Assembly: GCA_012800855.1 (NCBI GenBank)
Contig: JAAZIN010000137.1
Span: forward strand, 1 to 61,890
Origin: Bacillota bacterium
GTDB lineage: Bacteria; Bacillota; Dethiobacteria; DTU022
DNA length: 61,890 nt
Reading direction: 5' to 3'
Position 1 is the first letter of the stretch. Each line of letters starts with the position of its first letter. Shown here piece by piece: positions 32,458 through 42,640 of this stretch. A program made the translations under genes and the position numbers. Below the pieces are notes generated by a model. It was not told the DNA's origin, did not search any database, and worked only from the letters and a program-made list of their open reading frames with translations.

Positions 32458-32534
32458 GCCGGCCGGGAGCCGCCACCTTCTCCTTTCCTCGGCCGGCAAT
32501 TTTGGTATAATGAACGCAGAAAGGAGAGAGGAGG

Positions 32535-33923
32535 GTGGCGAGAGAGATTCAGGAAATGGAACTGCCCCTGCAACCGGAAAGCGGCGACAAAAGCTACCTG
32601 ACCATCACCTTCGGCTGCCAGGCCAACGAGTTTGACACGGAAGTCCTCGCGGGGATGCTGGAGAGCCTGGGCTACCGGCCTGCGGCAAGCCCCGAGGAAG
32701 CCGACATCATTGTCGTCAATACCTGCGCCGTGCGCAGGAAGCCGGAGGAGAAGGTGGCCGCCCTGCTGGGCCGGCTGAAAAGCCTGAAGGAGAAAAAGGA
32801 GTCGCTGATCATTGCCGTGGGCGGATGCATGATCCAGCAGCCTGATGTGGCGGCGGAGCTGGCCCGGCGCTTTCGCCATGTCAACCTTTTTTTCGGCACC
32901 CATGCCCTGCCCCGCTTCCCGCAGCTGCTGCAACAAGCCCAAGTGAACCGCCGCCCCCTCATCGATATCGAAGAAAACGGGGACTGCCGAGAGGGGCTCC
33001 CGATGCGCCGCTCCAGCAGCTTTCGCGCCTGGGTGCCGGTAATCTACGGCTGCAACAATTTCTGCTCCTACTGCATTGTTCCTTACGTGCGCGGGCGGGA
33101 ACGCAGCCGCCCCTTTGACGAGATCGTCCGCGAAGTCCGCTCCCTGGCCGAAAAGGGCTACCTGGAAGTAACCCTGCTGGGGCAGAACGTGAACTCTTAC
33201 GGCCATGACCTGGATGAAGGGCGCGATTTTGCCGACCTGCTGGAGGCGCTGGATCGCATTGACGGGCTCTCCCGGATTCGCTTTCTCACTTCCCATCCCA
33301 AGGATCTTTCACCGCGCCTTATCAAGGCCATGCGCAGCGGCAGCAAGATTTGCGAGCACCTGCACCTGCCGGCGCAGGCCGGTAGCAACCGCATTCTCCA
33401 GCTGATGAACCGCCGCTACACCCGCGAGCGCTACCTCGAGTTGGTGGAAAGGCTGCGGGAGGCCATCCCGGGCATTGCCCTGACTACCGATCTCATGGTC
33501 GGCTTCCCCGGCGAAACGGAGGAGGATTTCCAGCAAACCCTGGCCCTGGTGGAGGAAGCCCGCTTCGACCAGGCCTTTACCTTTATCTACTCCCCGCGCC
33601 GCGGAACCCGCGCCGCGGAGATGAAAAAGGAAGAAATACCGGCGGATGAAAAGAGGGAGCGCCTGCGCCGCCTGGCGCGGTTGCAAAATGAGATCAGCCT
33701 GCAGATAAACCGCACCCTGGTGGGCAAAAGGGTGGAGCTGCTGGTTGAAGGTAAAAGCAAAAACAACCCGGCGATGCAGAGTGGGCGCACCCGCACGAAC
33801 AAGCTGGTTCATTTTGCCGCGGAGGAAGACCTCACCGGCAAGCTGGTGGAGGTGGAGATTACCGCGGCCTACACCTGGTACCTAGCCGGAAAGCTGCTTG
33901 AACCGGCGAAGGCACCGGCTTGA
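32535..33923 (+). CDS. miaB: tRNA-i6A37 methylthiotransferase MiaB
   Basis: ..YLTITFGCQANEFDTE..GCNNFCSYCIVPYVRGRERSR.. with a TRAM domain. Position upstream of mutS matches Bacillus. Start uncertain (GTG 32535 or ATG 32556). Confidence 0.85.
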   Translation: MAREIQEMELPLQPESGDKSYLTITFGCQANEFDTEVLAGMLESLGYRPAASPEEADIIVVNTCAVRRKPEEKVAALLGRLKSLKEKKESLIIAVGGCMIQQPDVAAELARRFRHVNLFFGTHALPRFPQLLQQAQVNRRPLIDIEENGDCREGLPMRRSSSFRAWVPVIYGCNNFCSYCIVPYVRGRERSRPFDEIVREVRSLAEKGYLEVTLLGQNVNSYGHDLDEGRDFADLLEALDRIDGLSRIRFLTSHPKDLSPRLIKAMRSGSKICEHLHLPAQAGSNRILQLMNRRYTRERYLELVERLREAIPGIALTTDLMVGFPGETEEDFQQTLALVEEARFDQAFTFIYSPRRGTRAAEMKKEEIPADEKRERLRRLARLQNEISLQINRTLVGKRVELLVEGKSKNNPAMQSGRTRTNKLVHFAAEEDLTGKLVEVEITAAYTWYLAGKLLEPAKAPA

Positions 33924-33972
33924 GCGCTGTGTCGGTTTGGCAGGAATGCCGGAGAAAGGGGAGGAGAGAGGC

Positions 33973-35988
33973 ATGAAAGGCGGTAGCCGACGGCGTTTTC
34001 TTTTCCTTGTCCTGGCGCTGCTTCTGCCGGCGCTGGTCCCGGCCGGCTGCACGGGGCTTCGGCCGGAGGCGGTGGCGGAGCAGTTTTTCGCCCTCTGGGC
34101 GGCGCAGGATTACCCGGCCATGTACGAGCTGCTGAGCAGCAGTTCCCGTGAAGCCTATACCAAGGAGTACTTTGTGGAACGCTACGGCAGCATCAGCCGG
34201 GGGATCGGCCTGGAGGGCGTGGTGGTGGAGGAGATTGAGCGCACCGCATCGGAAGGCCACCGGGTGGAGTTATCGCTGGTGGCGCGGCTGGAGACCTCCA
34301 CCGTGGGCTCCATCCCCGTTCACTACCGCGTGGAGATGAGCCGTGAAAAACGGGGGGCGCCCTGGCTGCTGCAGTGGCAGCCCGGGCTCATCTTTCCGGA
34401 GCTCACCGACAAGCGCCGGGTGGATCTGCAGGTGGAGCTGCCGCGGCGAGGCGCCATCACCGATCGGAACGGCAAGGTTCTGGCCGGAGCAGGAATGTTT
34501 AAAGAAGTCGGCGCCGTCCCCGGCCGCTACGAGGACGAGGCGGCCCTGGCGGCCGCCCTGGAGGGTCTGCTGGGCCTCTCCCGGGAGGCCATCCTGGCAA
34601 AGCTGCACCAGCCCTGGGTCCGCGAGGGGCTTTACGTGCCGCTGGCCCTGCTTGCTCCCGGGCAGGAGCAGCTCGTGGAGCGGCTGCTGCAAATCCCCGG
34701 GGTGATGATTGACGAGGTGGAGAGGCGCAGCTATCCCGCCGGGACCGTCGCCGCACACCTTACCGGCTACCTGGGCGAGATCAGCGCCGCCGAGCTGGAG
34801 GAGATGAAGGCCGAGGGATACGCGGCGGGAGATCTCGTGGGCAAGTCCGGGCTGGAGGCGGCGCTGGAGCGGCTTCTTGCCGGGAGCAAGGGCTATACCC
34901 TGCGCATCCTCGAGGAAGACGGCAGCGAGGCGGCCCTGATTGCCCGGCGTGAGCGCCGCGACGGGGAGGAGGTCAGGCTGACCATCGACCTGGAGCTGCA
35001 GGAATGCGCCGCTGCGGCCCTGGGGACAAAAAGGGGCGCGGTGGTGGCCCTGGATCCGCAAAGCGGGGCCGTGCTGGCGCTTTACAGCAGCCCAGGCTTT
35101 GATCCCAACCGCTTTATTGCCGGCATGAGCGCCGCGGAGTGGCAGGAGCTGCAGGAGCACCCGGGAAAGCCCTTCCTGAACCGGGCTCTCTCCGGCGTTT
35201 ACCCGCCGGGTTCCGCATTCAAGCCCTTTACCGCGGCGGCGGCAGTGGCCGAGAAGGTCCTCGATCCCGCCGCCAAGATGGATATTACCGGGGAGCGCTG
35301 GCAGGCCTCGCCCTCCTGGGGGGATTACTACGTGCGGCGGGTTCATCCCGAGCTGACGAGGGTGGACCTTTTCGAAGCGATGAAATATTCGGACAACATC
35401 TATTTTGCCCGGGCCGGCCTGGCCCTGGGGGAAGAGAAATTTGTGGAGTACGGCAAGCGCTTCGGCATCGGGGAGGAGATTCCCCTCCCCCTTCCCGTGG
35501 CCCGCTCCCGGCTGGCGCGCGAGGGGATCAAATCGGAGATCCAGCTTGCCGACAGCAGCTACGGGCAGGGCGAGGTCATGTTCACGCCGTTGCAGATGGC
35601 CCTCCTGTACTGCGCCTTTGCCGCAGGGGGCACCATTCCGCAGCCCCGGCTTCTGATGGACGAGGATCCCGCTCCCTGGAAGGAAAGCATCCTCGATGCG
35701 GCAGTGGTGAAGACGGTGCACCGTGCGCTGGTGGAGACGCTGCACGGGGCGAATGCGCCGGGGGCCGCGGGGATTGTGCCCGGCTTTACCGTGGCCGGCA
35801 AGACCGGCACCGCCGAAACGGAGGGCGGGGAGGGGAATATCTGCTGGTATGTAACCTACGGCCCCGCGGAAGCACCGGCCATCGTGGTGGCGGCGGTGGT
35901 TGAAGGGGGCCGCTGGGCCTCCACCGACGCCCTGCCTGTGGGCCGCGCCGTGCTGGAGTGCTACCTCCGCATGGCCGGAGAGCAGTGA
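33973..35988 (+). CDS. class B penicillin-binding protein (lipoprotein signal, NTF2-like N-domain, transpeptidase)
   Basis: MKGGSRRRFLFLVLALLLPALVPAGC contains a lipobox. SXXK is SAFK, SXN is SDN, KTG is GKTGTAE. Confidence 0.85.
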   Translation: MKGGSRRRFLFLVLALLLPALVPAGCTGLRPEAVAEQFFALWAAQDYPAMYELLSSSSREAYTKEYFVERYGSISRGIGLEGVVVEEIERTASEGHRVELSLVARLETSTVGSIPVHYRVEMSREKRGAPWLLQWQPGLIFPELTDKRRVDLQVELPRRGAITDRNGKVLAGAGMFKEVGAVPGRYEDEAALAAALEGLLGLSREAILAKLHQPWVREGLYVPLALLAPGQEQLVERLLQIPGVMIDEVERRSYPAGTVAAHLTGYLGEISAAELEEMKAEGYAAGDLVGKSGLEAALERLLAGSKGYTLRILEEDGSEAALIARRERRDGEEVRLTIDLELQECAAAALGTKRGAVVALDPQSGAVLALYSSPGFDPNRFIAGMSAAEWQELQEHPGKPFLNRALSGVYPPGSAFKPFTAAAAVAEKVLDPAAKMDITGERWQASPSWGDYYVRRVHPELTRVDLFEAMKYSDNIYFARAGLALGEEKFVEYGKRFGIGEEIPLPLPVARSRLAREGIKSEIQLADSSYGQGEVMFTPLQMALLYCAFAAGGTIPQPRLLMDEDPAPWKESILDAAVVKTVHRALVETLHGANAPGAAGIVPGFTVAGKTGTAETEGGEGNICWYVTYGPAEAPAIVVAAVVEGGRWASTDALPVGRAVLECYLRMAGEQ

Positions 35989-36043
35989 CGCCGCAGCGCC
36001 CTCTGCTGCTCGATCTTTTTACTCCAAGGATGTGAACAGGCTC

Positions 36044-38662
36044 GTGAAAGACTTGACCCCCATGATGAAGCAGTACCTCTCCATCAAGGAGCAGCACCCG
36101 GACAAGATAGTCTTATTCCAGGTGGGGGACTTCTTCGAGATTTTTTTTGACGACGCCGTCGTTGCCGCCAAGGCCATGGATATTGTCCTTACCACCCGGG
36201 ACAGCAACAAGGATAATCCCATCCCCCTGGCGGGAGTGCCTATACATGCCGCGGATACATACATCAACAAGCTCCTCTCCAAGGGCTTCAAGGTAGTTAT
36301 CTGCGAGCAGGTGGAAGACCCGGCCACGGCCAAGGGGCTGGTGAAGCGCGAGATCACCCGCATCCTCACCCCGGGGACGGTTACCGATTCCGAGATGCTC
36401 GACGAGAGCAGGAACAACTACCTGGCGGCGATCACCTCACTCCCCGGCGGGGAGGGCGCCTACTTCGGCCTGGCGGCAGTGGACGTATCCACCGGCGATT
36501 TCAGGATCAACGAGTGGTCCGGCGAGGAGGCGGCGGCGCACCTGGCCGAAGAGCTGCAGCGGCTGCAGCCGTCGGAATACATCTACACCTCCCAGGAGGC
36601 CGCCGAACTGCTCCGCCCCCACCTGGGCGTCGCCGAAGCTTCCAGCACCGTTTTCGAATATAAGGCCGCGCCGGAGCAGGTGCGAACCCTCATCTGTAGG
36701 CAGTGGGGAGAGGAAATCTGGGAGAATCTTTCCCTGTCGCGTTACCCGGCAGCGGCGGCAGCCGCCGCCCTGGCCTTGAGCTACCTGGAGATGCTGCAGC
36801 ACCCCGCCCGGGGGAGGCACTTCCGTACATTGGAGTTCCTCGCCCCCGGGGGCAGGATGACCGTGGACGGGATCACTGCGCGAAACCTGGAGCTGACCCG
36901 CACCATCCGGGAGGGGAAGAGGCAGGGCAGCCTGCTGGGCCTGCTCGATCATTGCCTTACGGCGATGGGGCGGCGGCTGCTGCGCCTCTGGGTGGAGCAG
37001 CCGCTCACAGGGCGGCAGATGATCGAAGAGCGCCTTGACGCCGTGGAGGAGCTTCTCCAGAACCCCCTCCTGCGGAAGAAGCTGCGCGACATCCTGCGCC
37101 AGGTCCTGGATATAGAGCGCTTCTGCAGCCGCCTCTGCAGCGGCCGGATTGGCGCTCGCGAGCTGGTGGCGCTGAAGGGGACGCTGCAGAAGCTGGAGCC
37201 GCTGGCCGGGCTCCTGGGGGAATGCCGCTCCTCCCTGCTGCACTCCCTGCGGCAGCTGCCCGATTTCAGCGCCCTCATCGAACGCATCGGCAGCGTCCTC
37301 GTAGACGACCCGCCCCTGCAGCTGCGCGAGGGCGGCCTCATCCGGGAGGGCTGCAGCGAGGAGGTGGACAGGCTCCGCCGCATCGCCCGCGACGCCAAGG
37401 GCTGGCTGCTGGAATTCGAGAAGGGGGAGCGCGAGCGCACCGGGATCAAGTCGCTGCGCGTGGGCTACAACCGCAACTTCGGCTACTACATCGAGGTAAC
37501 CCGCCCCAACCTGGGCCTGGTCCCCCCGGAGTACCAGCGCCGCCAGACGCTGGTCAACGCGGAGCGCTTCATCACCGGGCCTCTCAAGGAGATGGAGGAG
37601 AAGATTACCGGCGCCAGGGAGCAGCTCTGCCGGCTCGAGTACGAGATCTTTGAGGCGCTGCGCGAAGAGGTGGCCGCGCAGGCCCCCCTGCTGCAGGCGG
37701 CGGCGGGGCAGCTGGCCCGGCTCGACTGCCTGCAGAGCCTGGCCGAGGCGGCGGAACGCTATCGCTACTGCCGCCCTCGCTTTACGGAGGAGAACAGGCT
37801 CCGCATCAAGGGGGGGCGCCACCCCGTGGTGGAGCAGAACTCGGCGGAGCGCTTTGTGCCCAACGACCTGTTCATGGATGAGAAGGCCTCCATTCTCATA
37901 ATCACCGGGCCGAACATGGCCGGCAAGAGCACCTACATCCGCAGTGCCGCGCTCATCTGCCTCATGGCGCAGATGGGCTCCTTCGTCCCGGCGAAGGAGG
38001 CAGAGCTGCCCATCCTCGATCGCATCTTTGCCCGCGTCGGGGCCAGCGACGACCTCAGCAGCGGCTTGAGCACCTTCATGGTGGAGATGCGGGAGACCGC
38101 TTCCATCCTCAAGGAAGCCACCAACAGGAGCCTGCTCATCCTCGACGAGATCGGCCGTGGCACCAGCACCTATGACGGGATGAGCATCGCCCGCAGCGTC
38201 CTTGAATATATCAGCCGCCGCATCGGGGCAAAGACCCTCTTCTCCACCCACTACCACGAGCTCACCAGGCTGGAGGAGGAGCTCCCCGGGATTAAGAACT
38301 ACACCATGGCCGTCAAGGAGAAGGGGAAGGAGGTCATCTTCCTGCGGCGGGTGGTGCCGGGGCGCTCCGACAAGAGCTACGGGATCAACGTGGCCCGGCT
38401 GGCGGGGCTCCCACTGGAGGTGCTGCTGCGGGCCGAGGCCATTCTGGCCGAGTTGGAAACGGCGGCGGCGAAGGGGAGCCAGCTCAGCCTGGTCCCGCTG
38501 GTCATGGAGGCGCCGCCGCAGGATGAGCGGGCTATGGAGGTTGTTGAAGAACTGAAGGCGCTCGATCTCAATCGCATCACCCCGCTGGAGGCGCTGCAGC
38601 AGCTCTACCGGCTGCAGCAGAAGCTGTTCCAAGAAGAAGACAACAGAGGAGAGATCAATTAA
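36044..38662 (+). CDS. mutS: DNA mismatch repair protein MutS
   Basis: ..LTPMMKQYLSIKEQHPDKIVLFQVGDFFEIF..GPNMAGKSTY... Start is one of GTG 36044, TTG 36053 or ATG 36062. ORF 35900.. is over-extended. Confidence 0.93.
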   Translation: MKDLTPMMKQYLSIKEQHPDKIVLFQVGDFFEIFFDDAVVAAKAMDIVLTTRDSNKDNPIPLAGVPIHAADTYINKLLSKGFKVVICEQVEDPATAKGLVKREITRILTPGTVTDSEMLDESRNNYLAAITSLPGGEGAYFGLAAVDVSTGDFRINEWSGEEAAAHLAEELQRLQPSEYIYTSQEAAELLRPHLGVAEASSTVFEYKAAPEQVRTLICRQWGEEIWENLSLSRYPAAAAAAALALSYLEMLQHPARGRHFRTLEFLAPGGRMTVDGITARNLELTRTIREGKRQGSLLGLLDHCLTAMGRRLLRLWVEQPLTGRQMIEERLDAVEELLQNPLLRKKLRDILRQVLDIERFCSRLCSGRIGARELVALKGTLQKLEPLAGLLGECRSSLLHSLRQLPDFSALIERIGSVLVDDPPLQLREGGLIREGCSEEVDRLRRIARDAKGWLLEFEKGERERTGIKSLRVGYNRNFGYYIEVTRPNLGLVPPEYQRRQTLVNAERFITGPLKEMEEKITGAREQLCRLEYEIFEALREEVAAQAPLLQAAAGQLARLDCLQSLAEAAERYRYCRPRFTEENRLRIKGGRHPVVEQNSAERFVPNDLFMDEKASILIITGPNMAGKSTYIRSAALICLMAQMGSFVPAKEAELPILDRIFARVGASDDLSSGLSTFMVEMRETASILKEATNRSLLILDEIGRGTSTYDGMSIARSVLEYISRRIGAKTLFSTHYHELTRLEEELPGIKNYTMAVKEKGKEVIFLRRVVPGRSDKSYGINVARLAGLPLEVLLRAEAILAELETAAAKGSQLSLVPLVMEAPPQDERAMEVVEELKALDLNRITPLEALQQLYRLQQKLFQEEDNRGEIN

Positions 38663-38682
38663 ATGGCAGGGAGCCGGGGAAA

Positions 38683-40434
38683 ATGATCCGCGTACTGGAT
38701 TCACGCGTGGCCGAGAAGATTGCTGCCGGCGAGGTCATCGAGCATCCCGCCTCGGTGGTGAAGGAGCTGGTGGAAAATTCCCTCGACGCCGGGGCCACCC
38801 GCATTGAGATCAGCGTCACCGGCGGGGGGAAGCACTCCATCAGGGTAACCGACAACGGCTGCGGCATCGCCCCCGACGAGGTGGAGCTGGCCTTTTCGCG
38901 CTTTGCTACCAGCAAGCTTTCCTCGCTGGAAGACCTGGAGGCCATCATCAGCCTGGGCTTTCGCGGCGAGGCGCTGCCGAGCATCGCCGCTGTCTCCAGG
39001 GTGACCCTGACCACGCGGCGGAAGGAGGATTTTGCGGGCACGCGAATCCGCGTGGAGGGGGGAGCGATCTTCCCGCCCGAAGCGGTGGGGGCGCCGGAGG
39101 GAACGGAGGTGCTCGTGGAAGACCTCTTCTACAACACGCCGGGGCGCATGAAGTTTCTGCGCGGGGAGCCGCAGGAGCTGGCCCGCATCAGCGCCCTGCT
39201 TACCTCCTTGGCGCTGGCCCATCCCGGCTGCTCTTTTACCCTGGCCAGCGAGGGGAAGACGGTGTTGCGCACAACGGGAGACGGCTTCCTCCTTCACGCC
39301 ATCGGAGCGCTGTACGGCAGCGAAGCCGCCGCGGCCATGCTCCCGCTGCAGGGCCGCCAACCCTCGCTGGGCCTCGCCGTGGAAGGCTATATCAGCGCAC
39401 CTCATTTTAGCCGGGCCTCCCGGCGCTGGATTACCGTCGTCGTCAACGGGCGCGTTATCCAGAGCCCTCTCCTGGCCGGGGCGCTGGAGCGGGCTTACGG
39501 CGGCATGCTGGCGCGGCGGCGCCATCCCGTGGCTGTGCTCATCGTGAAAGCGCCTCCGAAGCTGCTTGATGTAAACGTCCACCCGGCAAAGAGCGAGATC
39601 CGCTTTCAGCGTCCGGAAATTTTCAACGAACTCGTCTTCCGGGCGGCCCGTCGTGCCCTGCTGGGCCGGCCGGGGGCGGGAGGGCCTCCTCACGGCTGGA
39701 TGGAGGAGCAGCAGAGGGAGTGGCGACGCCAGCAGTTGCAGCTGCTTGATCCCGGGAGGGGCAAAGAGAGCAGGGAAGCGGCACCGGCGCCGGCCGCCTC
39801 TTTTACCGCGGCCGCTTTCTCATCGGCCCCGGAAGCAAGTCCCGGCGATGCCGCCGGGGGCTGCCGCCTCATCGGCCAGTTCCTTCACAGCTACCTGCTG
39901 GCGCAGGAGGGGGAGGAGCTTCTCGTCATCGACCAGCACGCCGCCCACGAGCGCGTGCTCTACCACGCTCTCCGCGCCGGCGAGTGCGGCCTGAGGCCGG
40001 CGCAGCTGACCCTGCCGCTCAACCTGGAGCTGCCCCCGGCCTGGTCAGTGCGCCTGGAGTCCCTCCTGCCCCTGCTGGAGGAAGCCGGGTTTATCTTGGA
40101 ACCTTTTGGAGATAATAGTTATATTCTCCGGGCTATTCCCTCCCTCATGCGGGAGGGCGGCGCAGCGGAGATATACGCCTTCCTGGAGGATCTCCTCCAG
40201 GAGGAGCCCGAACCGGGGGAGGCGATGGAGGAGCGCCTTTGGCAAAAAATCGCCTGCCACGGGGCGATCAAGGCACGGCAACCGCTCTCCAGGGACGAAG
40301 CGGAGCAGTTGCTGCGGGACTGGGCGAATACTCCAGGCGGCGCCTGCTGTCCGCACGGCCGCCCGGCGGTGATTCGAATACACCGCGCGGAACTGGACAA
40401 GAAATTTCTGCGCAAGGGAGGGGGACGCCAGTGA
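38683..40434 (+). CDS. mutL: DNA mismatch repair endonuclease MutL
   Basis: MIRVLDSRVAEKIAAGEVIEHPASVVKELVENSLDAGAT.. and the endonuclease motif DQHAAHERVLY. Confidence 0.93.
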   Translation: MIRVLDSRVAEKIAAGEVIEHPASVVKELVENSLDAGATRIEISVTGGGKHSIRVTDNGCGIAPDEVELAFSRFATSKLSSLEDLEAIISLGFRGEALPSIAAVSRVTLTTRRKEDFAGTRIRVEGGAIFPPEAVGAPEGTEVLVEDLFYNTPGRMKFLRGEPQELARISALLTSLALAHPGCSFTLASEGKTVLRTTGDGFLLHAIGALYGSEAAAAMLPLQGRQPSLGLAVEGYISAPHFSRASRRWITVVVNGRVIQSPLLAGALERAYGGMLARRRHPVAVLIVKAPPKLLDVNVHPAKSEIRFQRPEIFNELVFRAARRALLGRPGAGGPPHGWMEEQQREWRRQQLQLLDPGRGKESREAAPAPAASFTAAAFSSAPEASPGDAAGGCRLIGQFLHSYLLAQEGEELLVIDQHAAHERVLYHALRAGECGLRPAQLTLPLNLELPPAWSVRLESLLPLLEEAGFILEPFGDNSYILRAIPSLMREGGAAEIYAFLEDLLQEEPEPGEAMEERLWQKIACHGAIKARQPLSRDEAEQLLRDWANTPGGACCPHGRPAVIRIHRAELDKKFLRKGGGRQ

Positions 40435-41375
40435 GCGAGAAGATACCCCTGCTGGTACTTGCCGGTCCCACCGCCGCCGGCAAGAGCGCCCTGGCCATGC
40501 GCCTCGCCCCGCTCCTGGAAACGGATATCATCAGCGCCGATTCGGCCCAGGTCTACCGCGGCCTGGATATAGGCACGGCCAAGCCCACCGCAGAGGAGCA
40601 GAGGCTGGTGCGGCACCACCTCATCGACCTGGTGGATCCCGACGAGGATTACAGCGTCGCCGACTACCAGCGTGACGCCCGGCGGGTCATTAAAGAGCTT
40701 TGGAGCCGCGGGCGCCTTCCCTTCCTCGTGGGGGGGACGGGCCTTTACCTGCAGGCCGTCATTGACAATTACGCCTTCGGGAAGAGCGGGGGGGACAAAG
40801 CCTTGCGGGAGCGACTCGCGGCGGAGGCGGAGGCCGAGGGGGTGGAAGCGCTGCACGAGCGCCTGAAAAAAATCGATCCCGCGGCGGCGGCGAAGATCCA
40901 CCCCCGCGACCGGCGCCGCATCATCAGGGCGTTGGAAGTCTTCATACTGGAGGGGCGTCCCATCTCGGAGCAGCCGGCCCTCACGCGGCAGCGAGGATCA
41001 CCTTACCGCCCGCTCCTCTTCGGCCTAACCATGCCCCGGCCGCAGCTATACCGGGCCATAGAGGAGCGGGTGGAGATAATGATGGCACGGGGTTTTTTCG
41101 AGGAGGTCCAGGGCCTGCTTCGCCGGGGCTACTCGCGCAGCGCGCCGGGGATGCAGGTTCTCGGCTACCGGCAGCTGGCCGCCTGCATTGACGGGGAGCT
41201 GGCCCTCGAAGCGGCGGTGGCCGAAATCAAAAAGGAGACGCGGCGCCTGGCCAAGCGGCAGCTGACCTGGTTCCGGCGCGATCCGCGTATCATCTGGCTC
41301 AATGGCGCGGAGAAGGGGCTGGAGGAGCTGGCGGAAACTATTAGGCGCCAGGTAAAGGAAATCTTTGTTTATTAA
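40431..41375 (+). CDS. miaA: tRNA dimethylallyltransferase MiaA
   Basis: VSEKIPLLVLAGPTAAGKSALAMRLA... GTG 40431 overlaps the mutL stop (GTGA). ORF 40239.. is over-extended. Confidence 0.9.
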   Translation: MSEKIPLLVLAGPTAAGKSALAMRLAPLLETDIISADSAQVYRGLDIGTAKPTAEEQRLVRHHLIDLVDPDEDYSVADYQRDARRVIKELWSRGRLPFLVGGTGLYLQAVIDNYAFGKSGGDKALRERLAAEAEAEGVEALHERLKKIDPAAAAKIHPRDRRRIIRALEVFILEGRPISEQPALTRQRGSPYRPLLFGLTMPRPQLYRAIEERVEIMMARGFFEEVQGLLRRGYSRSAPGMQVLGYRQLAACIDGELALEAAVAEIKKETRRLAKRQLTWFRRDPRIIWLNGAEKGLEELAETIRRQVKEIFVY

Positions 41376-41426
41376 GCGAATAATATACTGTTAAGATAAT
41401 GTAGAGAAAAAAATGGAGGGACATCA

Positions 41427-41672
41427 ATGAAAGGACCCGTCAATTTGCAGGATACGTTCCTGAACCAGTTGCGCAAGGAAAATATGCCGGCGACGGTTTT
41501 CCTGATCAACGGCTACCAGATTAAGGGCGTTGTTCGCAGCTTTGACCAGTTTACCGTCCTCATCGAGGTGGAGGGGAAGCAGCAGCTGGTCTACAAGCAC
41601 GCCATCTCCACGGTGATTCCCGCCCGCTACATCAGCCTGCAACAGCCTGAGGAAACCGGCGCGGAAAGTTAA
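41427..41672 (+). CDS. hfq: RNA chaperone Hfq
   Basis: ..[57 protein letters not shown].. Confidence 0.95.
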   Translation: MKGPVNLQDTFLNQLRKENMPATVFLINGYQIKGVVRSFDQFTVLIEVEGKQQLVYKHAISTVIPARYISLQQPEETGAES

Positions 41673-41741
41673 CCGGGAGCCAAAGCCGCCGTCCTCCAGG
41701 GGGACTTTTTTAGCCCTTCATAGCAATGCAGCTTTTCCGAG

Positions 41742-41785
41742 AAAACGGTATAGCCATGATTCGAGGCCATGCCGTTTTTTATTTT
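41742..41785 (+). terminator. intrinsic terminator after hfq
   Basis: 10-bp stem CGGTATAGCC/GGCCATGCCG (41746-41755 / 41765-41774; one mismatch, one GU), then TTTTTTATTTT. Weaker hairpin+T6 candidates lie at ~41689-41710 and ~41787-41818. Confidence 0.7.
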
Positions 41786-41846
41786 GGGCCCGCTTCAGAG
41801 GGGGAAGGGGGCTTTTTTCTTTTTCTCTGCCAAAAGGGCTTTGATT

Positions 41847-41876
41847 TTGCCAAGATGAAATATTATATGGTATATT
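41847..41876 (+). promoter_or_regulatory. promoter-like site for the PII/DUF1538 unit
   Basis: TTGCCA (41847-41852), 18 bp, then TGgTATATT (extended -10; hexamer 41871-41876). Confidence 0.45.
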
Positions 41877-41971
41877 ATATTAGCTGGTAGTAAGCATCCG
41901 GGTAGAAGCTGCTATATCCCTGCAAAAAATATTTATCCGCCAAAAAGATATTCGGAAAGTGGGAAGCGCTC

Positions 41972-42640
41972 ATGGAAGCCATATTTTTTGCCGTTGTCAA
42001 CAGGGGCAAAGCCAATGCCGTCTTGCACAAAGCCCAGGAATACGGAGCCCGGGGAGGCACCATCTTCCTCGGCGAAGGAACGGTTCACTCCAGGCTCCTG
42101 GAGCAGATCGGCCTGGACGAATCGCATAAGGAAATTTTGATGATACCCGCCTCCAGGCAGCTCTGCCGCAAGCTGCACGACATGGTGTGCCGGGAATTCA
42201 TGTTCACCAAGAGGAACAGGGGCATCGCCTTCACCATACCCTTCCGGCGCCGGACGCTGCAGGAATCAGGGGTGAAGCCGGAAAGCCCTGCGGGAGGTGC
42301 CGCTCCTGCCTATTCCTGCATCATAACCATCGTGGACAAGGAACGCGGCAAGGATTGCCTCAAGGCAGCCTGGGCTGCGGGGGCCAGGGGAGGCACTCTC
42401 GTTCACGGCCGGGGGGCCGGTGTACCCACGGAATTTTATTACCCGCTGGTCATAGAGCCGCAGAAGGACATTATCATCATCATTGCCCCCCGGGAAAAAG
42501 CCGCTCCCATCAAAGAACGGATCGCTTCGGAGCTGGAGCTTGAAAAGCCTGGCAAGGGGATCCTCTTTATTTTGCCGGTGCTCCAGACAAGCGGCCTTTT
42601 TGAAAATGAGCCCGGGGATCAGGGAGGTGTGGCCTCGTGA
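41972..42640 (+). CDS. tandem double PII-like (GlnB-superfamily-like) protein
   Basis: 222 aa with an internal duplication: VVNRGKANAVLHKAQEYGARGGTIFLGEGT and IVDKERGKDCLKAAWAAGARGGTLVHGRGAG. Resembles the PII beta-alpha-beta plus T-loop base. Confidence 0.65.
   Translation: MEAIFFAVVNRGKANAVLHKAQEYGARGGTIFLGEGTVHSRLLEQIGLDESHKEILMIPASRQLCRKLHDMVCREFMFTKRNRGIAFTIPFRRRTLQESGVKPESPAGGAAPAYSCIITIVDKERGKDCLKAAWAAGARGGTLVHGRGAGVPTEFYYPLVIEPQKDIIIIIAPREKAAPIKERIASELELEKPGKGILFILPVLQTSGLFENEPGDQGGVAS

Noticed and set aside
41685-41712. Small hairpin GTCC..GGAC plus T6 directly after hfq as the main hfq terminator.
   Set aside because: The stem is only 4-6 bp. The stronger 10-bp stem+T-run at 41742-41785 is the better candidate. 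It is kept only as a note within that feature.
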